Source: a virus
Taxonomy: Duplodnaviria; Caudoviricetes
Virus record (IMG/VR): IMGVR_UViG_3300017754_001608
Coordinates: 1-39,723 of that record
DNA: 39,723 nucleotides
Strand: one strand, 5' to 3'
The translations under genes were made by a program, and so were the position numbers. Numbering within the stretch: position 1 is the first letter of the stretch; every line of letters starts with the position of its first letter. This document shows, piece after piece, positions 7,110-15,986 of this stretch. The notes under the pieces are model-generated. The model ran no database searches. It saw only the letters and a program-made list of their open reading frames with translations, and was not told the DNA's origin.

Positions 7110-8552
7110 ATCTCCGCCATCAGAGCGCGTTAACAGGTCTTCAGCTGTGCTAACAGTCCAACCGCCTTGAGACAGAATCTTAACGGCTTCCTCGCGGTCA
7201 ATGGTGCCTTGCATTTGAGCAGCCAGCACTTGCTGAACTTCCTGCGGCGTCAGCTTGGTTGCGCTGAAGTCTTTGGTTAGCGAGATCACAACTTGCTCGT
7301 TTTGCTCAACTGCATCTTGTGACCATAATCCTTCAAACATGCCGCAATATAAAACAGCCCGCTCGAACGCCTCTTCTACACAATTCGCCAAGGTAATCAG
7401 CCGGCTGGTTTGCTCTGCAGAATCAATGTTAGCCTCTGTTGCTGTTTTGTCCGCAGACGCTTTGGTTGGGAATGAGCCGCCAAGCGCACGAATCTTTGCC
7501 TCGTTGTCTTTGAAATATCGCTCGTACCCTTCAAGGCTGATATTTGCAGCAAGGATTTCGCCGCGAGACTCGCCGGAGAACAAGTTAACGGCACCAGCAC
7601 CTGTTGCCACATAGTCGCGCCCGTTCACAGCTTTAAACTGATCCCAATCAGTCTGGCTGATGCCATAAAAGTTAGTGGTAGGCGGCAGCATACGCATAGC
7701 CTCCTTGTACTCTGCGCTGACTTGATACCTGTTTAGTGACAAGTCACAGATTGGCGCAAGATAGCCAAGCTCTAACGGCATTGATCCAGCTTGGAATGGT
7801 TCATCTGACAGGATTTGCACAGGCAACCATTTAAGCGGCTGGTTTTTTACTGTGACATAAGAGCGCTCGCCAATTGCCATGCCGCCTTCACTTTTGACAA
7901 TCTTCTGTTGGTAGTAATTGCCTTTTTCATCAAGTGCAAGAATCAGGTAAGACTCAATCTTGTTGCTCAGCATCTTGTATGGATCAAACTTCAATCCAAT
8001 CTCAAGCAGCATAATGTAAGACAGCTGCATCTTGCCGTTGATGCGCTCAAAGTGCCAATAAATGACATTCTCGCGCGGGTATTGCTTGATGGTTGCGCGC
8101 GGGCTTAACTGTGCTGCATCTGCCATAGACAACTCAGTTAATGGCAGGTCAGATAATCCGCGATAATCAGAGACTAAAACATGCCACTTCACAGCCAAGG
8201 CATTAGCGATTGATTCAGACATGGCAGAGCGCAAAGACAAGCCGTCGCCGTCTGCGTCTTCTTCCAAGTAAGATAAACGGTCAGGCAGTTCAACATCTGC
8301 AGCGTTTGGGTTTAATTTGCCAACTAACGACTTAAGCGTCTGCCCTGGGATTTCGTCAAACTCTGCGCCGTCAATGTACTGGCTATAGCGAATCTTCGCT
8401 TGCTGGCTTGAGCTATCTAATGATGACGGGTGAGGCAGTAACTTTTCGCGCTCAGCTTTTACAAATGGCGAACCTTTAACGCAGACTCGAATCTTCCGGA
8501 TTTCATTTTCCATCAGCTCTGCATCAGGGTGCTTTGTAATATTTTCCAGCAT
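7092..8552 (-). CDS. Portal protein (DUF4055-like)
   Basis: 486 aa in the head module; LEEDADGDGLSL, YPRENVIYW and KTATEA motifs. Confidence 0.85.
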   Translation of the reverse strand: MLENITKHPDAELMENEIRKIRVCVKGSPFVKAEREKLLPHPSSLDSSSQQAKIRYSQYIDGAEFDEIPGQTLKSLVGKLNPNAADVELPDRLSYLEEDADGDGLSLRSAMSESIANALAVKWHVLVSDYRGLSDLPLTELSMADAAQLSPRATIKQYPRENVIYWHFERINGKMQLSYIMLLEIGLKFDPYKMLSNKIESYLILALDEKGNYYQQKIVKSEGGMAIGERSYVTVKNQPLKWLPVQILSDEPFQAGSMPLELGYLAPICDLSLNRYQVSAEYKEAMRMLPPTTNFYGISQTDWDQFKAVNGRDYVATGAGAVNLFSGESRGEILAANISLEGYERYFKDNEAKIRALGGSFPTKASADKTATEANIDSAEQTSRLITLANCVEEAFERAVLYCGMFEGLWSQDAVEQNEQVVISLTKDFSATKLTPQEVQQVLAAQMQGTIDREEAVKILSQGGWTVSTAEDLLTRSDGGDLISNA

Positions 8553-8577
8553 GGCTCAGCCTCAATTCGTTTTGTCA

Positions 8578-8607
8578 AGTATAGCTTGGTTATGCGTAAC
8601 CAATCAA
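8578..8607 (-). promoter_or_regulatory. Putative late promoter (TTGATT...GTTACGCATAAC-CAAGC-TATACT)
   Basis: 22 of 23 nt identical to 35685-35707; upstream of the portal gene. Confidence 0.7.
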
Positions 8608-9716
8608 CCGCCATCAATTGCACGGAGTTCTGCGAGTGTCAGCGGTCTGCCGGCCATATCATAAAAACGCTCCAAAGATACCCTGCCAGACATAAACAGC
8701 TTTGTTCTTTCCTTGCCTAATGTTGACTCTACAAAGAATGGCGGCTGCTTGCGCAACCAGTCATCGTAAACTGTGCCAGCCTTGATTTGCTCAGGCTTGA
8801 ATATGTTCAAATCTTTCTTGCCTTTGTAGCGCACTTTTTTATCCGTCTTTTCCTGCTTGGCGTCGAACGCTTCAGCGGCGGCTTTAGTGTCTTGCCCGCC
8901 AATCGCTGCTCTAGTACCTTCAAGGTCTACACCCTCAGGCAAGGCTATCACGCTTGTACGACATTGCCAGTGAAACGGCGGATAACCTATTGGCGATTCA
9001 CCAACCGGCCATCCTTTAGCGTATTTGGTGCCAATCCAGCGGCATTTGTCAGATATGCGGTTGTCGAATGTGACTATTGGGTATTCTCTGGCTAGTTTGT
9101 CAGTGTTATCTGCAAACATCGCCTGCCGTGCCTGTGTTGAGTAGTGCTGAACCCCAGTTCTAGCCAAAGACTCAGCCTCATTCTGCAACATGCCATCAGT
9201 CGCGATACGCATTTGCTGCGCCATCTGATTGACGGTTAATCCTTGCGAATACCCAGCCTTGACGATGGAGTCATAAACATCGGCATGCCTTGCGTTGTAG
9301 GCTTTGACAAATTCAGCCCATGTTCCGGCATCAACCTTTTGGCCTTGCGTTAGGCTCATCAGCGATTTGTTGATATAACTAACAATCTTCTCATCCGCAG
9401 GCTTTGACAACTTCACCGACGCAGCAGAGCCAACTAAGCCGGCGTAATATCCGGCGTCGTAAATTGCGATATTCTCAAGCTCTTTGGTAACTTCAGCCCA
9501 GCCGGCAGAATCAATCTCTGTGACAGCTTTGCGAATCTGCGCAGTGACTTGATTTAGCTTTGTTATGCTGGTGATGTTTTCGGCGTCAAGAAGAATTAAC
9601 CTGGCTGCGCGATAGGCTTCGTCAAGTGTCGGAAATATCTTTGACTTGAGCAGTCCTGCGGCCAATCGTCCGAGATAGACGGTGCGGCGCTCGGTGTCGT
9701 TTATGATGTTATTCAT
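8604..9716 (-). CDS. Head morphogenesis protein, SPP1 gp7/MuF family
   Basis: AESLARTG, TFDNRISDKC and PPFHWQCRT motifs; YDDWLRKQP...LGKER C-terminus; no toxin extension. Confidence 0.85.
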   Translation of the reverse strand: MNNIINDTERRTVYLGRLAAGLLKSKIFPTLDEAYRAARLILLDAENITSITKLNQVTAQIRKAVTEIDSAGWAEVTKELENIAIYDAGYYAGLVGSAASVKLSKPADEKIVSYINKSLMSLTQGQKVDAGTWAEFVKAYNARHADVYDSIVKAGYSQGLTVNQMAQQMRIATDGMLQNEAESLARTGVQHYSTQARQAMFADNTDKLAREYPIVTFDNRISDKCRWIGTKYAKGWPVGESPIGYPPFHWQCRTSVIALPEGVDLEGTRAAIGGQDTKAAAEAFDAKQEKTDKKVRYKGKKDLNIFKPEQIKAGTVYDDWLRKQPPFFVESTLGKERTKLFMSGRVSLERFYDMAGRPLTLAELRAIDGG

Positions 9717-9900
9717 CTATCGCATCCAATAAAGCTCTTGCCAGTAATCTTATGAGCATATCACAATCTCCTTCGTACGGCTGACCATTAGCCAACATCC
9801 GAATCTGAGTGAAGCAGATGATGTGCGCCTCTTCTGGCTCGATGTCGTTTGGCAGATAAACAACCAGGTGCGGTTGATGGTCTGATAGGTTATCTGCCAA
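9709..9900 (-). CDS. Hypothetical protein
   Basis: 63 aa, overlapping both neighbouring genes in the operon. Confidence 0.6.
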   Translation of the reverse strand: MADNLSDHQPHLVVYLPNDIEPEEAHIICFTQIRMLANGQPYEGDCDMLIRLLARALLDAIDE

Positions 9901-11128
9901 ATTTCACTCCGGTAGCGAGTGGCGCTTTAACACTAAACCGGCGATTTATAAAGTATCCAGCAGAATCAACCCAGTCATCGACAGCGGGGTGCTCGTTAAA
10001 CTTTTCTGGCTCGCCTTTGTCGGTGTAGCCTTGAACCTCTAATGCGTTAGTCAGCTCAGGGCATTTGTTGGTATTGACCTTAATCTTGTCGTGAGCAAAC
10101 AGCGCATTGAATGAGTTAATCCGGTCTCTCACTAATGGGTTCATTGCCGGCGCATCGACTGCATATCCTGCATTTTTTATCAGCTCGATGTCAGATGCCG
10201 CTGCATTGGTCCTGTTTGCGCCGCCAGACGCATCAGGAAATATTGTTAGCTTGTGGTCTTTGTATCTCGTCAGGTTGTTTATAAAGTCCTGCGTATCGTG
10301 ACTGACGAATTCATCAACGGCAATCGGGATGTTTGAGTCAATAACCCAAACAGTCGCACAGCAGCCGCCTATGTTGAAGTCAATGGAAACGCAAAGGCGT
10401 TCGCCTGGTTGAATTTTTCTGTCAGTGTGATGACGCTCACGGCTAAAGAAGTGATAAACCTTTTTGTCGTTAAGGCTGACGAATTCGCCTTCTATGTACA
10501 TATCCGCCATAAGTGGATCATAGTTGGCGCGAATGTTTGGAATGTAATCGTCGTCAAGATATGGGTTTGAATAGGTCGGCGCTTTAATGATTGCGTACCC
10601 TTTAGCGGCAGTCTTCACCCACTTCTGATAGATAAACCCGTGTATTCCTTGGTCTGGAGTGGTGACGCAGCCAATGGTATTTCCAAGCGGTGAGCGCTGA
10701 CGGTTTCGCTCTGTTATCTTGCGCCAAACCTTTTTTGCATCTTCCTTCTTGAGCGTATCAAGCTCGTCAACGATTGAGTCCGCAACCTCATAGGCAACAA
10801 TGCGATCTGGATTATCGTAGCTGCGAAAAATGACAGAGCCATATCCTTTAACTTTCAGCTCATAGTCGGACTTGTTTAGCCTAGTCTTGATGCCAAGCCT
10901 TGCAAATAGCTCTTGAAACTCAGGGATTGCTCTTAGCTTCAGCAGGTCATAGGTTGGCATGTAGTAAGCGACGCGCTTTTTGTGCGTCAGCATGCGAATG
11001 ATTAGCCGGCTAACACCGGCCTGAGTCTTACCGCTGCCTAATCCACCTACAATCGCAGGGAATGGCTCAGGATGAAATGCAAACTCTTCCTGCGGCTCAG
11101 TTAGTGGCAGGTCGATTGTGCGCGTCAT
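9890..11128 (-). CDS. terL: Terminase large subunit
   Basis: Walker A GGLGSGKT, Walker B IVDELD, nuclease SIDFN, PDASG and DDWVDSAGY. Confidence 0.95.
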   Translation of the reverse strand: MTRTIDLPLTEPQEEFAFHPEPFPAIVGGLGSGKTQAGVSRLIIRMLTHKKRVAYYMPTYDLLKLRAIPEFQELFARLGIKTRLNKSDYELKVKGYGSVIFRSYDNPDRIVAYEVADSIVDELDTLKKEDAKKVWRKITERNRQRSPLGNTIGCVTTPDQGIHGFIYQKWVKTAAKGYAIIKAPTYSNPYLDDDYIPNIRANYDPLMADMYIEGEFVSLNDKKVYHFFSRERHHTDRKIQPGERLCVSIDFNIGGCCATVWVIDSNIPIAVDEFVSHDTQDFINNLTRYKDHKLTIFPDASGGANRTNAAASDIELIKNAGYAVDAPAMNPLVRDRINSFNALFAHDKIKVNTNKCPELTNALEVQGYTDKGEPEKFNEHPAVDDWVDSAGYFINRRFSVKAPLATGVKFGR

Positions 11129-11562
11129 TCTGGTTTTGTTGCCCGAGTAACGCGAATGGTAATATCGGTGTCATCGCCTTCACCCGTTTCTGGATTGGCC
11201 CGCCATTGCTCAGGCCTGCGATTCTTTAGCCAGAAAATTGCAGCTGTCGTGTCAGGCTGAACGACCTCAGTGTAAGGCACAATGACTTCTTGCCCTTGAA
11301 ATTGAAATATCTTGACAGCTTCGTGAGTGTAGCCAACAGCCTTCCGGTACAGAGCCATTTCAACGCGATCATCTGTCTCGGCCTTACCGACCTTTAGGGA
11401 CTCGCGAAATGATGGGAATTCGTTGCGCCATCTGTAAAGCGTTGCAGTATGAACGCCTAACGCTTCAGCAACATCGTTGTCAGTGGCCCCAAGTTCACAC
11501 ATCTTTTTTGCGACTTTGTCGAACTCAGGCTTGTACTTGGTAGGTCTTCCAACTTCACTCAT
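11125..11562 (-). CDS. terS: Terminase small subunit
   Basis: GRPTKY, HTH (VAEALGVHTATLYRW) and PDTTAAIFWLKNRRPEQW; start MSEVGRP at 11562 after GAGG. Confidence 0.92.
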   Translation of the reverse strand: MSEVGRPTKYKPEFDKVAKKMCELGATDNDVAEALGVHTATLYRWRNEFPSFRESLKVGKAETDDRVEMALYRKAVGYTHEAVKIFQFQGQEVIVPYTEVVQPDTTAAIFWLKNRRPEQWRANPETGEGDDTDITIRVTRATKPE

Positions 11563-11606
11563 CAGGCACAGCCTCAACTTATCAGGGCACTGCCCCACTG
11601 GCTGTA

Positions 11607-11615
11607 ATCTTAGCA
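11607..11615 (-). promoter_or_regulatory. Extended -10 (TGcTAAGAT) upstream of terS
   Basis: Immediately follows the terminator U-tract; same arrangement as 36808-36816. Confidence 0.4.
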
Positions 11616-11616
11616 T

Positions 11617-11642
11617 AAAAAAATGCCCGCAATAAAGCGGGC
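11617..11642 (-). terminator. Intrinsic terminator ending the replication/nin operon
   Basis: GCCCGC-TTTATT-GCGGGC followed by ATTTTTTT. Confidence 0.75.
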
Positions 11643-11670
11643 TAACAGCTGGGGGAGGTCTTAATTAATA

Positions 11671-11808
11671 TTAGCACAACACCTTCAAAATCCGATAACT
11701 CTTTTTGCCATACATATTGCCTTTCACATCAACGGCACCAAAGCCATAACTCATAGCATTAATGACTTGGCCGGTTTTGCGGAGTCGGATTAATATTTTA
11801 GTGGTCAT
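11671..11808 (-). CDS. 45-aa hypothetical protein (not in ORF track)
   Basis: MTTKILIRLRKTGQVINAMSYGFGAVDVKGNMYGKKSYRILKVLC; ATGA overlap with the upstream gene. Confidence 0.55.
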   Translation of the reverse strand: MTTKILIRLRKTGQVINAMSYGFGAVDVKGNMYGKKSYRILKVLC

Positions 11809-12284
11809 GCCGCAACCCTCTCAACCTGCCTGTGATTCCAATGCTTATCCACATCAAGAAGACGCAGCAAATCCCGCTCCATTTCTTCCTCAGTTCCGTA
11901 TGGTACTGGTATCGCAGCCCAGCCGGCGTTAACGACAGTCATTACCTTTTTGCATTCATCAATAATTCGCTGATGCTCTGCGCGCAGATACTCAGTTAAT
12001 TGATCGTGCCGGTATGCCGCCTTGAGCCTTAACGGAAGCATAACCAACTTCTGCTTTCCGTTTGATTCGATGCAGTAAACTGCCAGCATTACAAACCAAT
12101 CAAATGCAGTACGGTTTAACGCTTCTGCAACTGCCGGCCCGATTTGTACTGGCTTTCCTGTTTTCTGTTTAACCAAGTCAACCAGCTCATCTGCAAACGA
12201 CATGACAAGCGCAAGGTCGCGCACTGCCAACTTGCTTTGCGTTATGAGGCGCTTGATGCGGTTATGCGGTTTTCTTTTTGACAT
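11805..12284 (-). CDS. Hypothetical phage protein
   Basis: 159 aa, GAGG RBS, basic N-terminus MSKRKPHN. Confidence 0.7.
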   Translation of the reverse strand: MSKRKPHNRIKRLITQSKLAVRDLALVMSFADELVDLVKQKTGKPVQIGPAVAEALNRTAFDWFVMLAVYCIESNGKQKLVMLPLRLKAAYRHDQLTEYLRAEHQRIIDECKKVMTVVNAGWAAIPVPYGTEEEMERDLLRLLDVDKHWNHRQVERVAA

Positions 12285-12441
12285 GCGCCACCTCGTTTAA
12301 TTGGTATGTGTCATTACCAACCGCCAACAGCTCACCACTGGCAACCATTCTTTTCGCCACTTCACGACTATTTGGCCCAAGCTCTGACAGGCGCAGTTGT
12401 TTGTTGGCTGCCTTTTTGCGTATTTCGCGGTGTAAACTCAT
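12262..12441 (-). CDS. 59-aa hypothetical protein (not in ORF track)
   Basis: MSLHREIRKKAANKQLRLSELGPNSREVAKRMVASGELL...; GGAG RBS and ATGA overlap. Confidence 0.55.
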   Translation of the reverse strand: MSLHREIRKKAANKQLRLSELGPNSREVAKRMVASGELLAVGNDTYQLNEVAHVKKKTA

Positions 12442-12644
12442 AACTCCACCGCCTTCTCAACTAAATCCGCATCAACATCAACGCTTGCATCGGCTGTAAA
12501 ATGCTTATCCGGCAAATCGACGACGATTCTGTAGCGCGTATATCCGTCCATCTTTTTTGTTGGTTTGGCGCTAAACATTAGCCATTCAGGGTCCACCATG
12601 TGCGCGCTGTTGTTTATGTCGCAATAGAATTTAATTTTCATCAC
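12438..12644 (-). CDS. Hypothetical protein
   Basis: 68 aa, coupled to both neighbours. Confidence 0.6.
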   Translation of the reverse strand: MMKIKFYCDINNSAHMVDPEWLMFSAKPTKKMDGYTRYRIVVDLPDKHFTADASVDVDADLVEKAVEL

Positions 12645-13213
12645 TCCCGCTCCTTCTTCAGTAACTCAGCTTGCAGCGCCAGGTAATTAACAGCATCAAC
12701 TGCGCTATCTTCGTGAAACCTTGGCTGTGCGTATTGGCGCACTTGTTTCACTAACGCGATAATCAGGCAAATGTCAGAGCCTTTCAAGTTGTGACCGGTC
12801 AGCGCGTTAAACGCTTCAGCCGCTTGCGGAAAACTGCACTCACGCTGATTACTGCCATACTGATTGCCGCGCTCAGAAAGAATCTTAAGCCCTTCTGATA
12901 AAAAGGCGGCTGCAGATGCAAGTTTTTGGCTATAGTGGCTCTGAGTTGATTGTGCTGCGCTATAATGCTCACCCGTAGCTCCATTCTGACCAATCTGCTC
13001 GATGCGCTGTTCTGGTGGCCATTCTTTTGGGCGTGATTCGTAATCTGCATAGCTTGAGATTGACGCAACGCCAAATCCTGCGTATCTGGTAATGTTGCTG
13101 TTGTCATCAACATAAAACCTCATCAAGTTAGTGTCTTTGTCGTGACACCACCAAATGCCATTTGCTCTATACTCAGCCCCTTCAGGCGCTTCATTCCAAT
13201 CTACTTTGCTCAC
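12641..13213 (-). CDS. DUF6378-like all-alpha nucleotide-pyrophosphatase-type domain protein
   Basis: C-terminal ERGxQYG...SF..A.AFN.LTG...LVKxVR...HEDSAVDAVNYLAL; N-terminal VDWNEAPEGA module. Confidence 0.65.
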   Translation of the reverse strand: MSKVDWNEAPEGAEYRANGIWWCHDKDTNLMRFYVDDNSNITRYAGFGVASISSYADYESRPKEWPPEQRIEQIGQNGATGEHYSAAQSTQSHYSQKLASAAAFLSEGLKILSERGNQYGSNQRECSFPQAAEAFNALTGHNLKGSDICLIIALVKQVRQYAQPRFHEDSAVDAVNYLALQAELLKKERE

Positions 13214-13446
13214 TTGTATGACACTCCTGCTTTGTCTAGCGCATCCTCAACATCGACCAGCGACACGACTTCAAACACGCCGTCAGTCTCATACTTTGGC
13301 AGCTCAACAACCATCGCTTGGCGGGATGCCTGCCATGCCTGCCGCATGAAGTCGCGCACAAAAACAATAACATCGTCACCAACCGGCCATTTGTGTTTAT
13401 TTTCTTCAAACCACGCCTCAAATTCAGCCCGAATTTGTTCGCTCAT
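13210..13446 (-). CDS. Hypothetical phage protein
   Basis: RAEFEAWF...AWQASRQAMVVELP motif common in lambdoid accessory genes. Confidence 0.7.
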   Translation of the reverse strand: MSEQIRAEFEAWFEENKHKWPVGDDVIVFVRDFMRQAWQASRQAMVVELPKYETDGVFEVVSLVDVEDALDKAGVSYK

Positions 13447-13748
13447 TTATTCACCCCAAGAAGTTTGGCAATTTTATCTTTAATGCCGAGAGATAACTGC
13501 AGTTCGCTTGTATCTCTTGGCGCTCTTGCTCGCATTGATTCAACTATGACAACAGCGTTTTCAATTGCAGCAGAAAGTGCTGAGCTTACTGCTGTGTGTT
13601 TGTACCCACTTTCAGCTTTAAGCTTTACATGCTCGATAGTTCTAAATTCTATTTGAGCGCTCCACGTCCTGTCATCATGCTGAAAAATATGTACATTCCC
13701 AAATGTTTGCGCAGCATCAAACAGCTGCTCAAGTGTCAAATTGCTCAT
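13443..13748 (-). CDS. Hypothetical protein
   Basis: 101 aa; ATGA/stop coupling. Confidence 0.65.
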   Translation of the reverse strand: MSNLTLEQLFDAAQTFGNVHIFQHDDRTWSAQIEFRTIEHVKLKAESGYKHTAVSSALSAAIENAVVIVESMRARAPRDTSELQLSLGIKDKIAKLLGVNK

Positions 13749-13781
13749 TTACGCTTCCCCAAGTTAAACACTGCCTCTGGA

Positions 13782-13967
13782 TTAATAATCATCACTCTTT
13801 CTCCTAATCTCAATATGCCTGTCGTATTCAGCTTGCGGACTAAGCCCACCAAAAAACTCTGCGTGGCGCTTTCTGTCCTGATGCCAAATCCGGTTAACCT
13901 CTTTGCGCTGCTTCGGAGATAGCTTGATTTGTTTGTATCGGCGGGATAGCTCGTTTGATAGCTTCAT
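13782..13967 (-). CDS. Basic hypothetical protein (start MKLSNE)
   Basis: Likely true start at 13967 by ATGA overlap with 13964-14143. Confidence 0.45.
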   Translation of the reverse strand: MKLSNELSRRYKQIKLSPKQRKEVNRIWHQDRKRHAEFFGGLSPQAEYDRHIEIRRKSDDY

Positions 13968-14143
13968 AGCCAAATCATCCCAAGCAATACTGCAGCTCCG
14001 GACAGTAGAAAAACAACTAAGCAACCAACGCAAACCCAAGCAGTAAAGTATCCAACATCGTTGGTCGTGTCTTTCTGAAACTTTGCTGCCAATAAAGACA
14101 GCACGAAAAAAATCCACGCTGTCAGCATGATTTTAATTAGCAT
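13964..14143 (-). CDS. 59-aa two-TM membrane protein (not in ORF track)
   Basis: MLIKIMLTAWIFFVLSLLAAKFQKDTTNDVGYFTAWVCVGCLVVFLLSGAAVLLGMIWL; GAGG RBS. Confidence 0.6.
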   Translation of the reverse strand: MLIKIMLTAWIFFVLSLLAAKFQKDTTNDVGYFTAWVCVGCLVVFLLSGAAVLLGMIWL

Positions 14144-14409
14144 TTCCTCACCTCCACCATCTGCCTTGCCTTATTTTCAATGATGTCAGCACAAATCAAC
14201 CTAACCATATGCCGCAACTCTTGGTCATTTGAATCAACGACCATTTGAAAAAACTGGTCAGCTTGTTCTTGCGTGACAAATGACAGGCATTCGCCAAACT
14301 CCCAACCAGTCACCACAACAGCATCTCGAGCTGCATCAAGTGCGGCGTCGTGCTTGGCTGCGGTGTCGGCAGCTGTATCGGTTGTTTTCCAGTCGTCGTA
14401 TGCGGTCAT
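14137..14409 (-). CDS. Hypothetical protein
   Basis: MTAYDDWKT N-terminus common in phage early genes; coupled to neighbours. Confidence 0.7.
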   Translation of the reverse strand: MTAYDDWKTTDTAADTAAKHDAALDAARDAVVVTGWEFGECLSFVTQEQADQFFQMVVDSNDQELRHMVRLICADIIENKARQMVEVRKC

Positions 14410-14819
14410 TTTGTGCGCCCCAGCTCTGCGAGTTTGTCTTTTAATTTTTTAATCTCTTCAATTCTCGCCCGCTCTTTTTTTAATTCATCTTCTTTTTGCT
14501 TTTTAATGCGGCGCTCATCTTCTTTGCTCTTTCTGTCGATTTCATCATTTAACCTTTTTTGAAAAGCTAAATCAGACTCTTCAAGTTCAGCCACAATAAA
14601 AAAATCATGGTCCTCATAGCCGGACCACCTGTGATCAAATGTCACATTTTTTAACACGTAATCACCATTTTTTACATAGTCATAGCTTGGAAGCTCCAAT
14701 GCAAAAGAATCCTCTTGCTCAGATAAATATTTATCAATGTCGGCCCTGCTGCCGTATGGGAAATCAATATTTTTGCGTATTTCTGTAGTTTTCTTTTCGA
14801 TGATTTTTTTCATATCCAC
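14406..14819 (-). CDS. Hypothetical protein with C-terminal coiled coil
   Basis: 137 aa, AT-rich, first gene after the promoter at 14842-14869. Confidence 0.7.
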   Translation of the reverse strand: MDMKKIIEKKTTEIRKNIDFPYGSRADIDKYLSEQEDSFALELPSYDYVKNGDYVLKNVTFDHRWSGYEDHDFFIVAELEESDLAFQKRLNDEIDRKSKEDERRIKKQKEDELKKERARIEEIKKLKDKLAELGRTK

Positions 14820-14841
14820 TCTCCGCTGTTTAAGTAAATCA

Positions 14842-14869
14842 AGAATACCAGCCGCATGATATAAGTCAA
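14842..14869 (-). promoter_or_regulatory. Sigma70-like promoter TTGACT-N16-TATTCT (TGn extended)
   Basis: Intergenic, between ninG and the 137-aa gene. Confidence 0.55.
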
Positions 14870-14874
14870 AGTGG

Positions 14875-15417
14875 TCATACCAGTTGCTTTATCTTGGCTT
14901 TATACTCAGCAATCAAAGCCTGAATCTCTGGGATTGTTAGCTTTAAAGGGTCGTGCGGGCCTTCTAGCCATTCGACTTTTTCAGCGCCTATCCGGTTTAT
15001 TAGCTCCTTGCGGTACGGCACCAAATTGCCTGACAGAAAGTTATTACAGGTGGCGCAGCTGGCGTGGCAATTAAGCTCGTTAAATGCCAGCTCAGGATGC
15101 GCCCCACGGCTTTTGTAATGACTGGCGTGTCTTTGGTGGTCGTTGCCATCAGGACGCCCACAGCTAACGCACGGTTTGCCAGAATCGCGCAGTCGAATAA
15201 ACCGATTAAAAACAACCTGCAAATCTTTCAACCAATCGCTGCGACTCTTTAGCGCAATCTTTCGCCGCCTTGTCTCTGCGTTAAATTCCTTTTTCTTTTT
15301 GGCTTTAGACTTTTCAGCCTGAGCTTTAGCCCACTCTGCGGCATGCTCGAATCCGCAAAACAGCTTCAGGCCAAACTTTTGTGTTGCCTTCACTTTGCAA
15401 ATCGGACATAAGGCCAT
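14875..15417 (-). CDS. ninG: NinG/Rap recombination endonuclease
   Basis: CxxC...FC, FNRFIRLRD, PCVSCG, HASHY, NCHxxCxxCNNxLSGNL and YRKELINRIG. Confidence 0.92.
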   Translation of the reverse strand: MALCPICKVKATQKFGLKLFCGFEHAAEWAKAQAEKSKAKKKKEFNAETRRRKIALKSRSDWLKDLQVVFNRFIRLRDSGKPCVSCGRPDGNDHQRHASHYKSRGAHPELAFNELNCHASCATCNNFLSGNLVPYRKELINRIGAEKVEWLEGPHDPLKLTIPEIQALIAEYKAKIKQLV

Positions 15418-15986
15418 TATTCAAACCTCAGCAATTCTTCCGCCAACTGGTCTTGATTCTCATAAACTCTACTGAGACAAAGTGACCAACAAGAGTTCAG
15501 CAGCGCCTTATAGAAGTTCTGAAAATCCACCTCGTCGCACTGTGAAAAACTTATCGACTTAGCCACTTTGCGCAAACCTGATGGAGTTTTGACAATATGG
15601 TAAAAGCCAGACTTAACCGTTATCCATTCTCGAAATGAGTTAAAGCATTTGTCGCCAGGATAATTCTGCCGGTCGGCTTCAAGGTGCTTGATAAAACCGA
15701 CACACAGCGAATCAATTGCCTCTCCGCTGACACCATGAAATGCCATGTACTGCCGCAGTTTTTCGACCGTCTCAACTTCAACTTGGCTGATTAGCGTATC
15801 CGGCTCCCAAAATGAATAGGTCAAATTTAAAAGTGCAAAAGTCTTCCTGTGCATTTTGAGATTTCGAGGCGCAACAACATCAGCCTTATAAACTCCGCCA
15901 TTCTTTAGCTTGGCTATCGCTTCAGCGTCTGAATCTGCTGCTGGTAATAGGGCTTTGCCTTGTTTGACTAGATAAATTTCAGTCAT
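15417..15986 (-). CDS. DUF1367-family protein (NinB/Orf-like position)
   Basis: PRNxKxHRKxFALL, FREWITVKSGFY, KSISFxxxDExxFxxFYKA. Confidence 0.8.
   Translation of the reverse strand: MTEIYLVKQGKALLPAADSDAEAIAKLKNGGVYKADVVAPRNLKMHRKTFALLNLTYSFWEPDTLISQVEVETVEKLRQYMAFHGVSGEAIDSLCVGFIKHLEADRQNYPGDKCFNSFREWITVKSGFYHIVKTPSGLRKVAKSISFSQCDEVDFQNFYKALLNSCWSLCLSRVYENQDQLAEELLRFE

Noticed and set aside
8604-9716. MuF polymorphic toxin with the adjacent 63-aa ORF as immunity protein
   Set aside because: MuF is the short form with no C-terminal toxin domain, and the small ORF is upstream rather than downstream.
491-11616. Numerous plus-strand ORFs opposite structural genes (e.g. 4003-4371, 6495-6971, 7255-7614), and likewise 33903-34439
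   Set aside because: Antisense shadows of well-supported minus-strand genes, without RBS or recognisable motifs.
13782-14117. 111-aa ORF as given in the track
   Set aside because: Better explained as two coupled genes, 13964-14143 (with RBS) and 13782-13967.
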